Position numbers and translations under genes: made by a program | The notes under the pieces: generated by a model | What the model was told of the DNA's origin: nothing | Database searches by the model: none | Seen by the model: only the letters and a program-made list of their open reading frames with translations | From: Amphiscolops sp. MND2022 | Lineage: Eukaryota | Assembly: GCA_964187785.1 (NCBI GenBank) | Contig: OZ076409.1 | Location: 77,068,001-77,128,000, forward strand | Direction of reading: 5' to 3' | Length of the DNA: 60,000 nucleotides | In this document: piece after piece, positions 22,857 through 35,988 of the stretch | Numbering within the stretch: position 1 is the stretch's first letter | Layout: each line of letters starts with the position of its first letter

Positions 22857-25800
22857 TTAAGTGTTGAACTCTTTGCCAAGTTTGAGTTCTCTGAAAAGTT
22901 CTTCATCTGAGAGTACTGAGACGGCAGCATGGGCTAATGCTTCAGCCACGATCATTGAATTGGCGAATGATTCGGGCAGCTTCGAAGCACCTGCAAACTC
23001 TATGGTATGCCCCGGAGCGTTGTTGCACGGGATACTGAACCAGGGATGGAGCGAGGGAACCACTTGAGACACGTTGCCCATGTCTGTGCTCCCACGGGGA
23101 CTCTTTTCTCCCTTCGGGGGGAACTTGATTCCCTTCGACTCCATAAATTCCTGGTACTTGCGACCCAGAACTTCATTTTGTTTCAGACGGTCGTAAAGTA
23201 CGCCCTGAACATCAAATAAGTTACACCTGAATGAAAAAGAGTCTACAATGCTTTCGCATATAGATTTTGAGGTTACAGGACTTTCTGCCCCTTGATTGAT
23301 TTAGAATTAATTATATCCGGTTCAAACTGTTTTTTCAATGCAATAAAACGAATGCGGAACTTGATTTATTTGAAGAGGTTAGCATATTTGTTGTATGGCT
23401 CGGTCGCTTCGCTCCCTTCGCCAAGTAGCAACATTGAGGCATGGCAACATGGCACGTCGCTCCGCTTCGCTCTAGCATTTAGGGCACTAGGGGCATGTGA
23501 ACATAGCTGACTACGTTATAATAATTAAGGAGCGAAATGTCTTAGTGGCGAAAAGTCCTGTCACAAGATTTTGATACTCTAGGGTACAAAAAAGCTAGAC
23601 ACTCAAATTCGTAAATGAAAAAATTATAAGAGCTCATTAAAATTTTATATAATCTGACGACAAAGTACCAGGAGCAAAAATCCTTCAAATTTCAATCAAA
23701 ATCACAGCGTGTTTTGCAATCAAACAAAAGTACAAATCATACCACGTGGCATATTTCTCGAAATTTCGAGCATGTCTCGCAAGCCACTGGGCATAACGTA
23801 AAACACTAGCGACAAACTTCGTATCTTTGACTCTTCTCCAACTTTTGACTTTTTCTGAAAACGCTCTCCTTGTGAAATTACGCCGCTAAATAGTGACACA
23901 ATGTGAATACTTCAAATTTTTAGTAAGTATTATTCTGACGGAAGTACTACTGTTTTTGGCTGTTCATTTTCAAATCTGCTCAATGTAAAAGTTTTGCTGG
24001 CTGTTCATTTTCAAATCTGTTCAATTTAAAAGTTGAGTAACTATGTCGAGACAGGAATTGATCCCGAGAATTTTTCTGATCAGCAATTCGCGTTAAAAAG
24101 TTCGAAAAATTCCAAAAGGAAAATTTGAAAATACAATGTGATTACTTTTAAACTTTGATACTATTCCAAAAAAATATTGTTATTCTGATCAAAATTTCAA
24201 GAAGTAATGCGTTTTCAAAGTTTTCGCCTTTAATTAAAAATATTAACTGTTTTTAGCTTTTTGGAACCATGGTGTAATCTGATTTTCATTTTATTAAGTC
24301 TCGCGAAAATTCTGTTTTCCATTTTTCAAAAGTTCAAGTTAATTGGGTTTTACAGAGCAGCTGGTATAAATTCTTTCCAATACTGAATGAAAACCATTTC
24401 ACAGGCAAGTTGACATGAAACAATGTTAAAAGTAATGGCTTATCTTTTACATATGGAATAGTTCAAAATCCTTCTTTGAATACACAACTTGACTCACCAG
24501 TTCTACCTCCACAGTACAACCCGCTGCCATAGCACCAGCTTTAAAGCAATCCTTGGCCATTTCAACCAAATCTTCAAGTTCTTTACGATTGGTTGCCCGG
24601 ATGAAATACTTCAATTGCGCTCTTTCGGGTATCACATTGGGTGCTTTTCCACCATCCGTAAATATTCCTAAAGCAAGAACGAAATGAAAACCGACACCTC
24701 GTGGATATATCTGGAGAACATCTGGTGGTTTTCAGACAGCGATGGCACTTCACTCGTTTAAGAGCAAGGTTGAGAGCAAGTTCATAGTTTCTTGTTTGAA
24801 GCTCTAAGTATTAGAAAACTAACCACTATTATAAGAAAACTAACCATGAATTCTCCAAGTAGGGTGCATTCGGTGCCGCAAACTGTTGATGTTGTTATAT
24901 GCATTGACTGCTGCATCTAAGGCACTATATCCATTCCAAGGTCGAACTCCGTGGACACTTTTACCTAAAACCATTGATGATCATAGAATGTAAAAAGTTT
25001 CATACAAGTTACATTCTACTGATGTTTTCAATAAAAAACAAACGTTAAAACTTAATCAGCAACTCCGAACCAACTTAAAACAGTGTCGATAAATCAATCC
25101 CCAATGTAATAGTGAATTGCAAGCAACAAAACAAATGATTCATGAATCTATGGAATCAAATTAGGCTTCAAAAACTTCCTACAGACCCAATTTCTCTCAA
25201 ATACGATTAATCTTGATCCCAACTTGATTTGCGGTTGATTTGCATTCTCAGATTGAGCATAACAGTCCTTCTAGAAACGAAAGAACACTTTGCATAAGTA
25301 TGGCAATAGGTCACGAATCAATCAAGCTCACCGTGAAAGGTGGCCGTAGCAGACACCATTGCAAGTACCGACACTTCGACGGCATCAACAGCAGCAGGGT
25401 GTGCCATCAGTGCCATGTCGACACCTTCCAGAATGCCCTTCTCCATCATCAGAACCTTGCCCCCTCCTCCTTCCTCGGCTGGCGACCCAAAAAGAATCAA
25501 ACGAGCACCTATTTTCTTCTCTTCCAGCAACTTGATGGCCTATAAAAGATGCAATTAATCACAGTGTAGTGGTGTCAAAAAGTTTTCTACTGCTGGTAAA
25601 TATCAAAACAGCGAACATTAGGACAGTGCTTAGTTACATAAAACCTGGATTTATTGGAATTCAATTTTCTCGAACATCTGAAGATGCCATGCGAACGAAT
25701 TTCAAAAGAATCGAAGATAAAAAAATTAATTTCAATACATTCGTATGAACGAACAGTAAGGTGTGAACATTAAGACCAAGATTTATCATTTAATTGAGTG

Positions 25801-28800
25801 AGGGTGTCAACGAGCGGGATAGTCGACACACCATTTAAGGTTTTTAAAGCCTCAAACAACGCAAAAACAGTTCGAATTAGATTAGTTTTTTCAAAATTCC
25901 AAAACGATACCGAAACAAATCTAATGAATCGAACTCATCGACCCTTTGAGTTGAATAAATCAAAAAGACGAATCTTTGGTGAAATACAAGAAAAATGGTC
26001 TCTAGTTTTGTTATTCACAAATCGGAAAAACTAAAAAGTAAACAAATCGGAAACTTTTGGATGCGTCACTGATACGAGACGGACATAAGTATTATTGTGC
26101 AAAGGGTAGAGTTCGTGTGGACTTTTCAGAGAGGGGTCTGTTGCCCGGTGGATTCTGTTGTAATCATAGATTCCTATCTTCAAAGTTCGACAATCAAAGA
26201 AAGTTCGGAAAATTAGAAAGAAAAAAGGCATTGAAAACTAAATTTTGAAATTCTTGATTCAAGAGTTTGAAAACAGCCAAGCTTCGGTTATAGAAATTTG
26301 GGAGAGTATTACTGCCTAAATACAAAATATGAACTCACAGAATACAAAAATACGACTATAAAGCAAAACACTCAGGTGGAAAGTGCTCTTCTTTCATAAC
26401 AGTAGTTGGATATCAACTTCAACATGCATAGTGCCAGTGAACTCACCTTCATATACGCTTTCATTCCAACCACAGCAATCAAATTGTGTCCACAGGCATG
26501 GCCAATATCAGGCAAGGCATCGTACTCGCTGAAGAAGGCAACACAAGGAATATTCTCGTTCGGGCCGGCGACTGCACCTGTTACGTACTCAGCTAGAACA
26601 GAGAAAATTTGACGAAATGCTCCTTAACCATCGAAAAAATTTTCCTCCTAGAATATTTCAGCAACAAATATTCAAAAACTTCACACGCGCTACACAGTAT
26701 AGCGGTCACCGACAGAAAGATGTTGGATGTTTACCAACAAACTTTAATTGGCTGTCATTTTATGTTGACAACCCAATTTTCTGCCGTTGAATTCTTTGCA
26801 GCAAATTCATTGAGTAATGAATTAAAACATTTTAAAAAACTGTTTCAGACACCGTGTACATCGGTACATTCAGTACTCGTCGTCAAAGAGAATGCTATGG
26901 GACAAGGAAAAGCTGCATTGAACTGTCTCATGAACATGGAGGGAAATTAGAAATAATCCCTCTTCAAAAACTGCACTGATAGAACATCCAACTGAGTTGA
27001 ATTTCGTTAAGGTTTTAGATCGCTCAGCGAAAGTATTGAGTTTTTGAACAGGACAGAAAGCTTTTTGCGGATGTAGCAAAATTTGTTAGCATATGACTCA
27101 TCGCATTAATCGCTTAATTTTACGGCTATTCGTTGGCTGATCACTTCCGGAGCGGAAGATACATCACATCCGGTGCGTGAGAAGTTTTAGCGAGACGGAA
27201 CTGCTTAGTTCAGCAACCAGCACTCAATTGATGCCTCCAACTCATTGCACGGGTCTTTGAAATTTAACGCTAAGGGATTGAAGTACTCGACGAAAGTTAA
27301 GCTTGTTCAAGCGTGTTACCTGTTCAAGAGAAAAACATAAGTTTTAAAACACCTTTCAAGCGAGCATATACTTGCGACAAATAGGATAGTTTCTTACGAG
27401 CTTTAATGCAAGATTCGACTTTTTTATGTACGAAGCCTTGACAGAAGGGATGTTCAATCAATAATTGGAAAATTAGCCATCAATAATTGGGGAGAAGAAT
27501 AATTAGCAATCAATAATTGTTCGCGAATTATTGCAGTGATTTTTCCAATTATTGCCAATTTTTCAGATGATATGTCAAAACGCATGACCGAGGAAATTTG
27601 AAGGTTTTTTCAAAAGGCACAGGACGCGGACGGAAAAGGACAATGGTGCTGTCAATGTGGTAAAATATTGAAAAGACAGGAGGGATCTGCCTGGAAAAAC
27701 CTCCTTATGCATCTTATCTCGCAACATCCGGACGCTGCCAAACGATTGCAAGAAGAGAAGTTGGATCTAGCGCAAGCAACGCTTTTGAATCCAACGCTGG
27801 GTTTTGTGACGAATAAGCTAAAGAAGTATACTCTTGACTAGATTCGGTTTGTAACGATCTTATGCCTTTTAGGTTCGTTGATCTGCCCAATACCAGAAAA
27901 TATACAAACATGCCCACAATCAGCCGTAACACGCTCACAAAGTATCTCAATCTGGAGACATTGTAAGTTGAAGTCCGTTGTTTTTTGGGTAACCCGATGG
28001 TCCAGTATGGCTAACGTGTTGAATCGGTATATCGAACTCAAACCACGTGTGAATGATTTCAGCGGCAATAACCACCTTATTAAATATCTAATGTCACATG
28101 TGGAAAATGCCATCATCGAAACGCTGGTTAAAGACATGTCAATACGTCTTTCTGTGAATAAGGCCTTACAGAGGGAAAATATCGATTTGTCGTCAGTTAG
28201 AGCTTTATTTGATGAAACGTGCCGTAAATTTGAAGGTATTGATTAAGAAAACAAGTACGTTGGTTCGAAAGCTCGTAATAAAGTCAAAAGTATTTCGAAA
28301 CTGGGGTAGTAAAAATATGGAGCACCGCGAAAATAACAAGGCACTTTGCGACAAAAAATTGAACATGAACAAGAACCAGAGTAGTGTGATAATGATGATG
28401 ATTTTGCCTCAGTGATTCTCAAGAAGAAAGCGTCATCATTGCATTCGAGTACGATAGTTTTTGTTGCCGACATCTAACGTGCTCGAAAGATTTCCCAGCA
28501 AAGCTGGTTTGGTATTGTCCAATCTGCGACACAGACTGACACCCGAGCATCTTGAGCAGCAGCTTTTCTCAAAGCCAATAATGATCTGTGGACTATCGAA
28601 ACTGTCCGAAATTGTTAGCAAGTCGTGAATGCTTTTGTTAAGTATATTGCTGTTTGAAAAGAATCGTTCTTTCTTGTTTTTTCCAATAATTGCAATTATT
28701 CATTGGTCCTTCCTGAGGTTTCTGTAGAATCTGCAATGGAATATGTAATGATTTGAAGTTTCTTCTGTACCACATATACATAGAGGGGAGGCCGTCCTCC

Positions 28801-31684
28801 AAATCGTGTATTGAAAACAATTTAAATTACATCGGTTGGTCAACATTTCTATAGCCAATTTGGTGGATGATTTACTGAAGCTTTGAGAAAACGGGAATAC
28901 CAGAATTTTCCAGATGGATAATCTGGACAAATGCTAACACGTCTCTTTCTCCATACTTCATTCTGAAGCCTGACAATACGTGTTTGGTGTATTGAGCTCC
29001 TTGATCAAGTCCCGTAACGCGGAGGAAGTTTCGATGACTCGCGTGGAAGATATTATTTATCCTGCTATCCGAGTTCCGCAGAGCTGCGGCGCACGAGTCA
29101 TTTGCCGTGCTGTACTTGTGAACGAATTTTGCTTGTGATATAATTTCGATATCTATTGGGGTGACATTCCTGAGGAATTCCATCTTAGCTATATTGTGAT
29201 TGTACACTGTGCCGATGATGGTAATAAGATTTTGTACAATAGATTGTCGCATCTGTACCATATTGGGTTCGCCCATACTGAAGCTACTTCATCTTTCACC
29301 TTGTGCGCTGCATGAGCCCAAGATAAGATTCAAGTGCAGCTGTTAGTATATGACTTAGATATGTCCATACATACTAACATCTTCATAAGTCTGGAACTAG
29401 AAAATGGGGTGACATGTGGATTTTGGATTATGGGTCTCAATGAGGCGAACGCTGCTTTCGCTTTGTTTGTGGATTTTTCAAACTGAGTTTTGAATAACAG
29501 TTTGTTGTCGATTGTGATTCCTAGCGCCGTTGATTGTGTGGCAAACTTTATCGAGGATGTGGATACTTTAAAAAATAGACCCCTCCGGGGCTCAGTACTA
29601 TTTCTGCTTTAATTTTTCATTAATAATAGAATCATATCTGGAATACCAATACACTCTTGTTTAATCATTATTTAGCGCACAATTAATCCTTGTACAAGTT
29701 TACACCGCCTTTAACTATCCTCGGACTAAAGAAAATATAACTACTAAGCGTAGACGAAGTTTCGCATCCGAATTTGAATGCAGGCGAAGCTCTCAACGAA
29801 CGAATAATTAACACTCATTCGCTTCATCTCAATAACTCGGGGCAACGAAAGCACAATTACGAACATTCGCTCGCTTCATCTCAATGACGTCAGCATACGA
29901 ATGGATAATTACCACTCGCTCGTTCCATCGCACTCGAATTGAATTGTCGTCGGCAGCTTGAGAATTTAATTCCCACGCTTACAGTCACTGCCGAACAAAA
30001 TATCTGAATTATTCAGTATCGTACGAAAAATTGTACTGAAAAAAAAGTAGACAGTTTGAGGTTACAATAATATTCCTGCTAAAGCAGAAATAATAAAAAC
30101 GAGGATTGAGAGATTTAGCTTAACCTTGTCGTGAAACAGTATAATTAAAATAGGCCCCTACGGGGCACACTATTATTTCTGCTTTAACCTTTCATTAATA
30201 ATAGAATCATATCTGGAATACCACAACACTCCTGTTTAATCATTATTTAGCGCACAATTAATCACTAACAGTTTATACCGCCTTTAAATCTCGGACTTAA
30301 GCAAATATAACTACTAAGCGTAGATGAAGTTTCAAATTCGCATTTGAATACAGGCGAAGCTCTCGGCGAACGAATAACTAATACTCGTTCGCTTCATCTC
30401 AATAACTCGGCGTACGAAAGCATAATTACGAACATTAGCTCGCTTCATCTCAATGAATTCGGCCGTACGAATGCATAATTACCACTCGCTCTTTCCATCA
30501 CACGAGAAACGAATTGTTGTGTTGGCAGCTCGAGAAATTTAAATCTCAAGCTTATACTCACTGCCGAACAAACTATCTGAATTTTTCAGTATCATGACAA
30601 AAATTTTACTGGAAAAAAGTTGAAATCTTGAGGTTTCAAAAATATTCCTATAGCAGAAATAAAAATCAATTAGTTTACCTATTGGCATTAATTAAATTTT
30701 CCGCATCAGGATTTTAATTGAATCCAATTGAATCGTATTTCAAACATATTGCTCGCGAAATGATTGTCGCCATTAATGGTGTTCTCGAATCGATTAGACA
30801 AAGAATAACATGTACTTCGAAATCCAATCATCCCCCAATTGATCGCCATTAAGGGAATACCCGAAATATGATTACCTAACCCAGATCACTAGAAAAACAA
30901 GCCGGGAACGACCCATTATTTTTCGTAATTTTTTTTCGAAATTTTTTGTGAAGTCTCCGGTAAGTCGCATAGTGCCGAAAAATGTAAAAGGGGGGACCCT
31001 TTGGGATTTTTTGAACATCCATTCTGCTGCAAAAAATCAAAAAATTGATGGGGCCCTTTGGAGCAATAAAAAAATTTCGGAAAAAAATTTGAACAGTCTC
31101 ACAGTGCCGAAAAAGAGGGAAAGTTTCATAGTGTCGAAAAAAGTGGAAAGGGGGGGCCTTCTGCTTTGGAATTGCTTTTTATCTCATGTTAGAGGCTTTT
31201 GGATGCGTTGAAAATGAACTATATGGTAAAAGTGCATAATGCACAAAAAGTGGACCGATCGCGTTGACTAACAACGAACGTAAAGCGAATGAAACAATTA
31301 TGAAATTATTACCACCTACAAGACCGGCTCACAGGAGTGATCCGATGAAAGTTTTTGAGCACTCGTTAAGAGGTAGATGATGATAGCTTCCATCATCTAA
31401 AGTGGGCGCTTCAAATCATATACAGCAATCACAGTGGTAGAAGTTGCAACGGTTAAAATGCCATCTTCGAGAGGATTTTGAACTACTATCTATAGATGGA
31501 ACTTGAAAGAAAACACACCTTTGAACGCTGTTGGCAGTCCCTCGATGGCGCTCACATTTCCCAATTGGTTTTCAGTCAAGAAAGTCGTCAGCAACTTCCA
31601 GGCATGGTGTTCAGAAAAACACAACTCGGGATTTTCCCAAATTTCATCTGAAAGTGCTTTCAAAGCATGTTCTTCGTCCATCAT
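22857..31684 (-). CDS. PM20D2: Peptidase M20 domain-containing protein 2-like (M20D amidohydrolase), 385 aa; exons 31684-31519, 26592-26447, 25539-25332, 24964-24845, 24667-24498, 23204-22857
   Basis: Motifs IWENPELCFSEH, SEYDALPDIGHACGHNLIA, GSPAEEGGGGK, MAHP, ALDAAV, GGKAPNVIPE, GSTDMGNVS and GHT. All introns are GT-AG with matching phases, and the exons sum to 1158 nt. Confidence 0.92.
23271..23565. mobile_element. Mutator-like MITE in PM20D2 intron 5
   Basis: 9-bp TSD AGATTTTGA (23262-23270 and 23566-23574); imperfect TIR GTTACAGGACTTT / AAAGTCCTGTCAC; internal GCTTCGC hairpin motifs. Confidence 0.75.
27445..28696 (+). pseudogene. Decayed hAT transposon (BED finger, partial core, dimerisation domain); right end not found
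   Basis: Left end AGGGATG with AATAATTG subterminal repeats; fragments GQWCCQCGKILKRQEGSAWKNLLMHL, VTRWSSMANVLNRY and PTSNVLERF.SKAGLVLSNLRHRLTPEHLEQ.LFL; several stops and frameshifts. Confidence 0.8.
28697..29565 (-). pseudogene. 3' fragment of a LINE ORF2 (RT thumb region to CCHC finger)
   Basis: C-terminal SPLCICGTEETSNHYIFHC, plus LGITIDNKL-like sequence near 29500. Related to the element at 32499-34514. Confidence 0.7.
29571..30665 (-). mobile_element. Two tandem Helentron-type non-autonomous elements (HINE-like), about 29571-30099 and 30147-30665
   Basis: On the minus strand: T-run, subTIR ATTATTTCTGCTTTA, internal repeats of about 60 bp, subTIR TAAAGCAGAAATAATA, hairpin GCCCCGTAGGGGC, then CTATTTT. 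No TSD. Confidence 0.7.
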
Positions 31685-32325
31685 ATCAAGATGACATTAC
31701 CTACTGTAAGACAAATCCATACCATAGGACTTAAAAATTCAAATTATTTCCAGAGGAATCGATGCAGTTAACTTTTCCATAGTTTGACCAGCACTATAAA
31801 GATTCAGGTAAAAACATGAGATCAATGTTGAAAACTATATTCTTTCGGTTTTCGGTCCAAGTTGAACCATTAACTGCCTTTTCTAAAAAAAACAAAGACC
31901 AGAGCCACATGTGCGGTAAAGGAGTCGGAGTATGACTTTTTCCTTGTGTCATACGATTTATCAGATATCAAGGATCTTCGTCATCATTCAAGTGCCATGT
32001 GTATCATCATGTTGAGGGGAGAAGACACACACCCGTGGTCTGCAACGAAAGTAGGGAACCCCATACCAGCCACTATACCAGTAGACCAGTAACAAACCAG
32101 AGCCACATATGCGGTAAAGGAGTCGGCTTAATTTTTTTTCTTCTGACTCGCCCCAATCCAAGTCATAACAGTTCATTGGAATTGCACACATAGGACGATA
32201 ATATGGTGTAGAAAATGACTGTAAAATTTTCCTTCGAATCGTATGAACAGTTTTAGCAAAAGTCAAAAAAAGTCAAAAAATGGCTGCTTTTGGCCATTTT
32301 TGGGTTAATTTAGGATATGTTTTAT

Positions 32326-34530
32326 ATATATATATATATTATTATAGATTATATATATATTATATTATCTATTATATATTATATTATAGACATATATATG
32401 GTCTATTTACACCCCTTGATGCGGGCAATGTTAAGCAAATGATTTATCAAAAACATTTATGGGTGAATAATACCGCTGATTTATATCGTGTTTGTTAGTT
32501 ATTCAAATCTTCCGCAGTTTCCGATGAATTCTACTAGCTTCGCACAGTTTGTCAGGTCATAGAGGTTGAAGTTTTCGGTCGGAAGATCTCTCGGTTCCCA
32601 TATTTTGCAACTGAATAACAAGTGAATTGCAGTTTCTTCGGTTCTTTTACATGAGCATAGAGGACTGGCTGTTAGTCTTCGGTTGTATGCAAAATTTTTC
32701 AATGAGGGGTTGATGTCCAGGAGTACTTCTATGACATGCCTCATGAGCTCTTTGGTTGTGGATATCTTGGTCAAAACGGGGTCGCTTTCTACTCGAGGGA
32801 CAAGATGTTTGAGATTTGTATCGAAGTCCGGATATTGCCATCTATAATTCCATTGCCTAAGAATGTGATTTCTACTCGTTTCTTCATCGTAGCTTAGCTT
32901 GTCGCGTAGGTTTAATGTCTTTCTGCATTAAAATTGTCTCAACGTATTTCTATGGCCCAAAAGAAACGCTAAGTCTGATTCATTTTCTATTATTTGATTT
33001 GTCATATGATCATTGCTTTGTAGAACTTTAGTTAAAAATTTCGATGATATGTTTTGGCACAGTATGTCTATGGGTGCAATACCCAAAAGAACTTCAGCTG
33101 CTGCCGAGTTTGCATTGTATCTGGTTTCCATTATGTTGCGGGTAATCGTATGTTGAAATTTAGTTAATTTAGTAATGTTTTGACTCGCCCATACAGGTGT
33201 GCAGTATAGTAAGGCCGGTAGGATCAATGTTTTGTACATAACTGTAAGGGTGTGTCTCGATAGACCCCATTTGCCTGTGCAATGATATCTCAGTTCTCTC
33301 CACCTGTTCAGGCAACGTGCTGTTGTTGAATCTGTGTGTTGTTTAAATGAACATTCGTTGTCTACGATCAAGCCGAGAATTTTCGTTTGGTATTTGACTT
33401 CACATTTCTCTGTTCCCAGATGAAACTTGTGGTCCCAGATATCCAGTGGGTGAATGGGCATTATCTCGGTTTTCAATCCGTTTATTTGAATTCGCCATGT
33501 GTTGCACCATGTTTTCACCGAATTCAGGTTTTTCTGAATTTTTTCGCAGAGGGAGGCTTGTGTTTCTGCAGACACAAGGATCTGAGAATCGTCCGCATAT
33601 TTGAATTTAGTTCCATCAGTATTCTTCAACATTTCTGCGATGAAAAATATGAAAAGCAATGGTGAGAGTACGCTTCCTTGCGGAACTCCCTGTTTTGGCT
33701 TAATGGGCGAGCTTAACACTCCATCCAGTTTTGTTCGTATCAGTCGGCATTTGAGAAAATTCCGAAGGAGATTAAAGAGTGATCCTCGTATTCCTGCTGT
33801 CCACAGCTTCAGCAGCAAGCCATTGTGCCAAACGCTATCGAAAGCCTTCTCTAAGTCTAGATTTATGAGAGCTGCACATAATTTGCTTTTCTTGAGGAGG
33901 TCGCATTCGAGTTTCAGTCTGAAGAGTGATCTGACGGTGTTCTTCTTTGGGAGAAATCCTTCTTGTTCAAAATCAATAAGTTTTTCAGAGAGCATGTAGC
34001 GCATTAGACGTCGGTTGAGTATTCTTTCGAAGACTTTTCCTATATGGCTGCTGATTGAAATTGGCCTGTAGGCAGATGGGTTGCTGTAGTCAGCTTTCAT
34101 GGGTTTCTTAATGAATAAAACGCGAGTGTCTGTCCAAGGCCAGGCTCCAGATCTGAGGCAAGAGTTGAAGAGGTTGATTAGACAGGTTCTGAAATTATTT
34201 CCAGACATGATGACCATCTTCGGGTGGATCTTGTCATCGTCGCTGTTACATTTCAGATTTCGTAGTTTTTCAATGATCTCGTCTAGTTCATGTCTTTCAA
34301 CAGCTTCATTGAACCATAGGCTGGAGTACGAATTACAGTCTGTAAATTCTAAAAAATCAATATATCGCATTTGATCATCCACAAGGTTTTCAAACTCTCC
34401 GTCAAATTCTTCTTCTTTCAGATGGCTACCGCTAAAAAACGTATTGAGCAGTAATTTTGCTTTATCTGGCTCATCGAAACACAGTCCGGATTGTGATCTC
34501 AAAGGGGCTACCATCTGGTCTTTTTTTGAT
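32326..34530 (-). mobile_element. 5'-truncated LINE with RT ORF (32499-34514, one in-frame stop at 32928-32930), C-terminal CCHC finger and AT-rich tail
   Basis: AYRPISISS, QEGF, LDLEKAFDSVWH, GVPQGSVLSPLLF, KYADD, ILGLIVD; the ORF continues in the same frame to SPLCSCKRTEETAIHLLFSC; (TA)n tract at 32322-32400. Confidence 0.9.
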
Positions 34531-34749
34531 ATCCTTGTGTGATAATCCTTGTGTCATACGATTTATCAGATATCAAGGATCTTCGTCATCAATCAAGTGC
34601 CATGTGTATCATCATGTTGAGGGAAGACACACACCCGTGGTCTGCAACGAAAGTAGGGAACCCCATACCAGCCACTATACCAGTAGACCAGTAACAAACC
34701 AGAGCCACATATGCGGTAAAGGAGTCGGCTTAGGTTTTTTTTCTTCTGA

Positions 34750-35988
34750 CTCGCCCCAATCCCAGTCATAACAGTTTATTGGAATTGCACACATAGGACG
34801 ATACTATGGTGTAGAAAATGACTAAAATATTCCTTCGAATCGTATGAACAGTTTTAGCAAAAGTCAAAAAAAGTCGAAAAATGGCTGTTTTTTGGCCATT
34901 TTTGGGTTAATTTAGGCTATGTTTCTCACATCCCAGCAATACGAATTTGTTGAAATTACACACAGAGGACCATAACATGATGTAGAATGACTGTACAAAT
35001 TCCATTCGAATCGTATGAACAGTTTTTGAGATAATAGAAAAAACCAGAGCCGCATATGCGGTAAAGGAATCGGCTTAAGTCTTTTTCCTTCTGACTCGCT
35101 TTCGTTCGAATCGTATGAACAGTTTGTGAGAAAATCGAAAAATGACTTTTTTTGGCCATTTTTGGGCTAATTTTGGCTATGTTTCTCACATCCCAGCCAT
35201 AGGATTTTGATGCCATTGCACATATAGGACTCTAATATGGTGTAGAATAACTGTAGAAAATTTCGTTCGAATCGTATGGACAGTTTTTGAGAAAATCGAA
35301 AAAAGTCGAAAAATGACTATTTTTGGGCCATTTTTGGGTTAAATTTGGATATGTTTCTCCCATACCAGCCATACGATTTTTATGCCATTGCACATATAGG
35401 ACTCTAATATGATGTAGAATATCTGTAGAAAATTTCGTTCGAATCGTATGGACAGTTTTTGAGAAAATCGAAAAAAGTCGAAAATGGCTGTTTTTTGGCC
35501 ATTTTTGGGCTAATTTTGACTAAGTTTCTCACATCCCAGCCATACGATTTTGATGCCTTTGCACACGCAGGGGCCCCTTTGGGTGTAGAATGACTGTGCA
35601 AAATTTCGTGAAAATCGTATGGACAGTTTTTGAGATATTTGAAATTTTCTTGAAAAGGTCGGGAGAAAAAAAAACAGCACGATTGCATAAGTAGTCGAAA
35701 ATTTTTTCCGACTCCTAAAAATCGAAAAATGAGTGTTTTTCGGCCAATTTTGGGCTAACTTTGGCTGTTTCTCACATCCCAGCCATACGATTTTGATGCC
35801 ATTGCACATATAGGACTCTAATATCGTGAAGAATAGCTGTAGAAAATCTCGTTCAAATCGGATGGACAGTTTTTGAGAAAATCGAAAAAAATGAAAAATC
35901 ACTGTTTTTTGGTCATTTTTGGGCTAATTTTGGCTGTTCCTCACATCCCAGCCATACGATTTTGTTGAAATTACACACAAAGGACCAT
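34750..35988. repeat. Satellite-like tandem repeat, unit about 165 bp (also 37630-38545, 40190-40500, 41250-41816, 45360-45670)
   Basis: Recurrent TTTTTGGCCATTTTTGGGCTAATTTTGGCTATGTTTCTCACATCCCAGCCATACGATTTTGATGCC...TTCGAATCGTATGGACAGTTTTTGAGAAAATCG. Confidence 0.85.

Noticed and set aside
23205..23229. Alternative PM20D2 acceptor at 23227
   Set aside because: It gives an immediate stop in phase 0, whereas the acceptor at 23205 keeps the frame.
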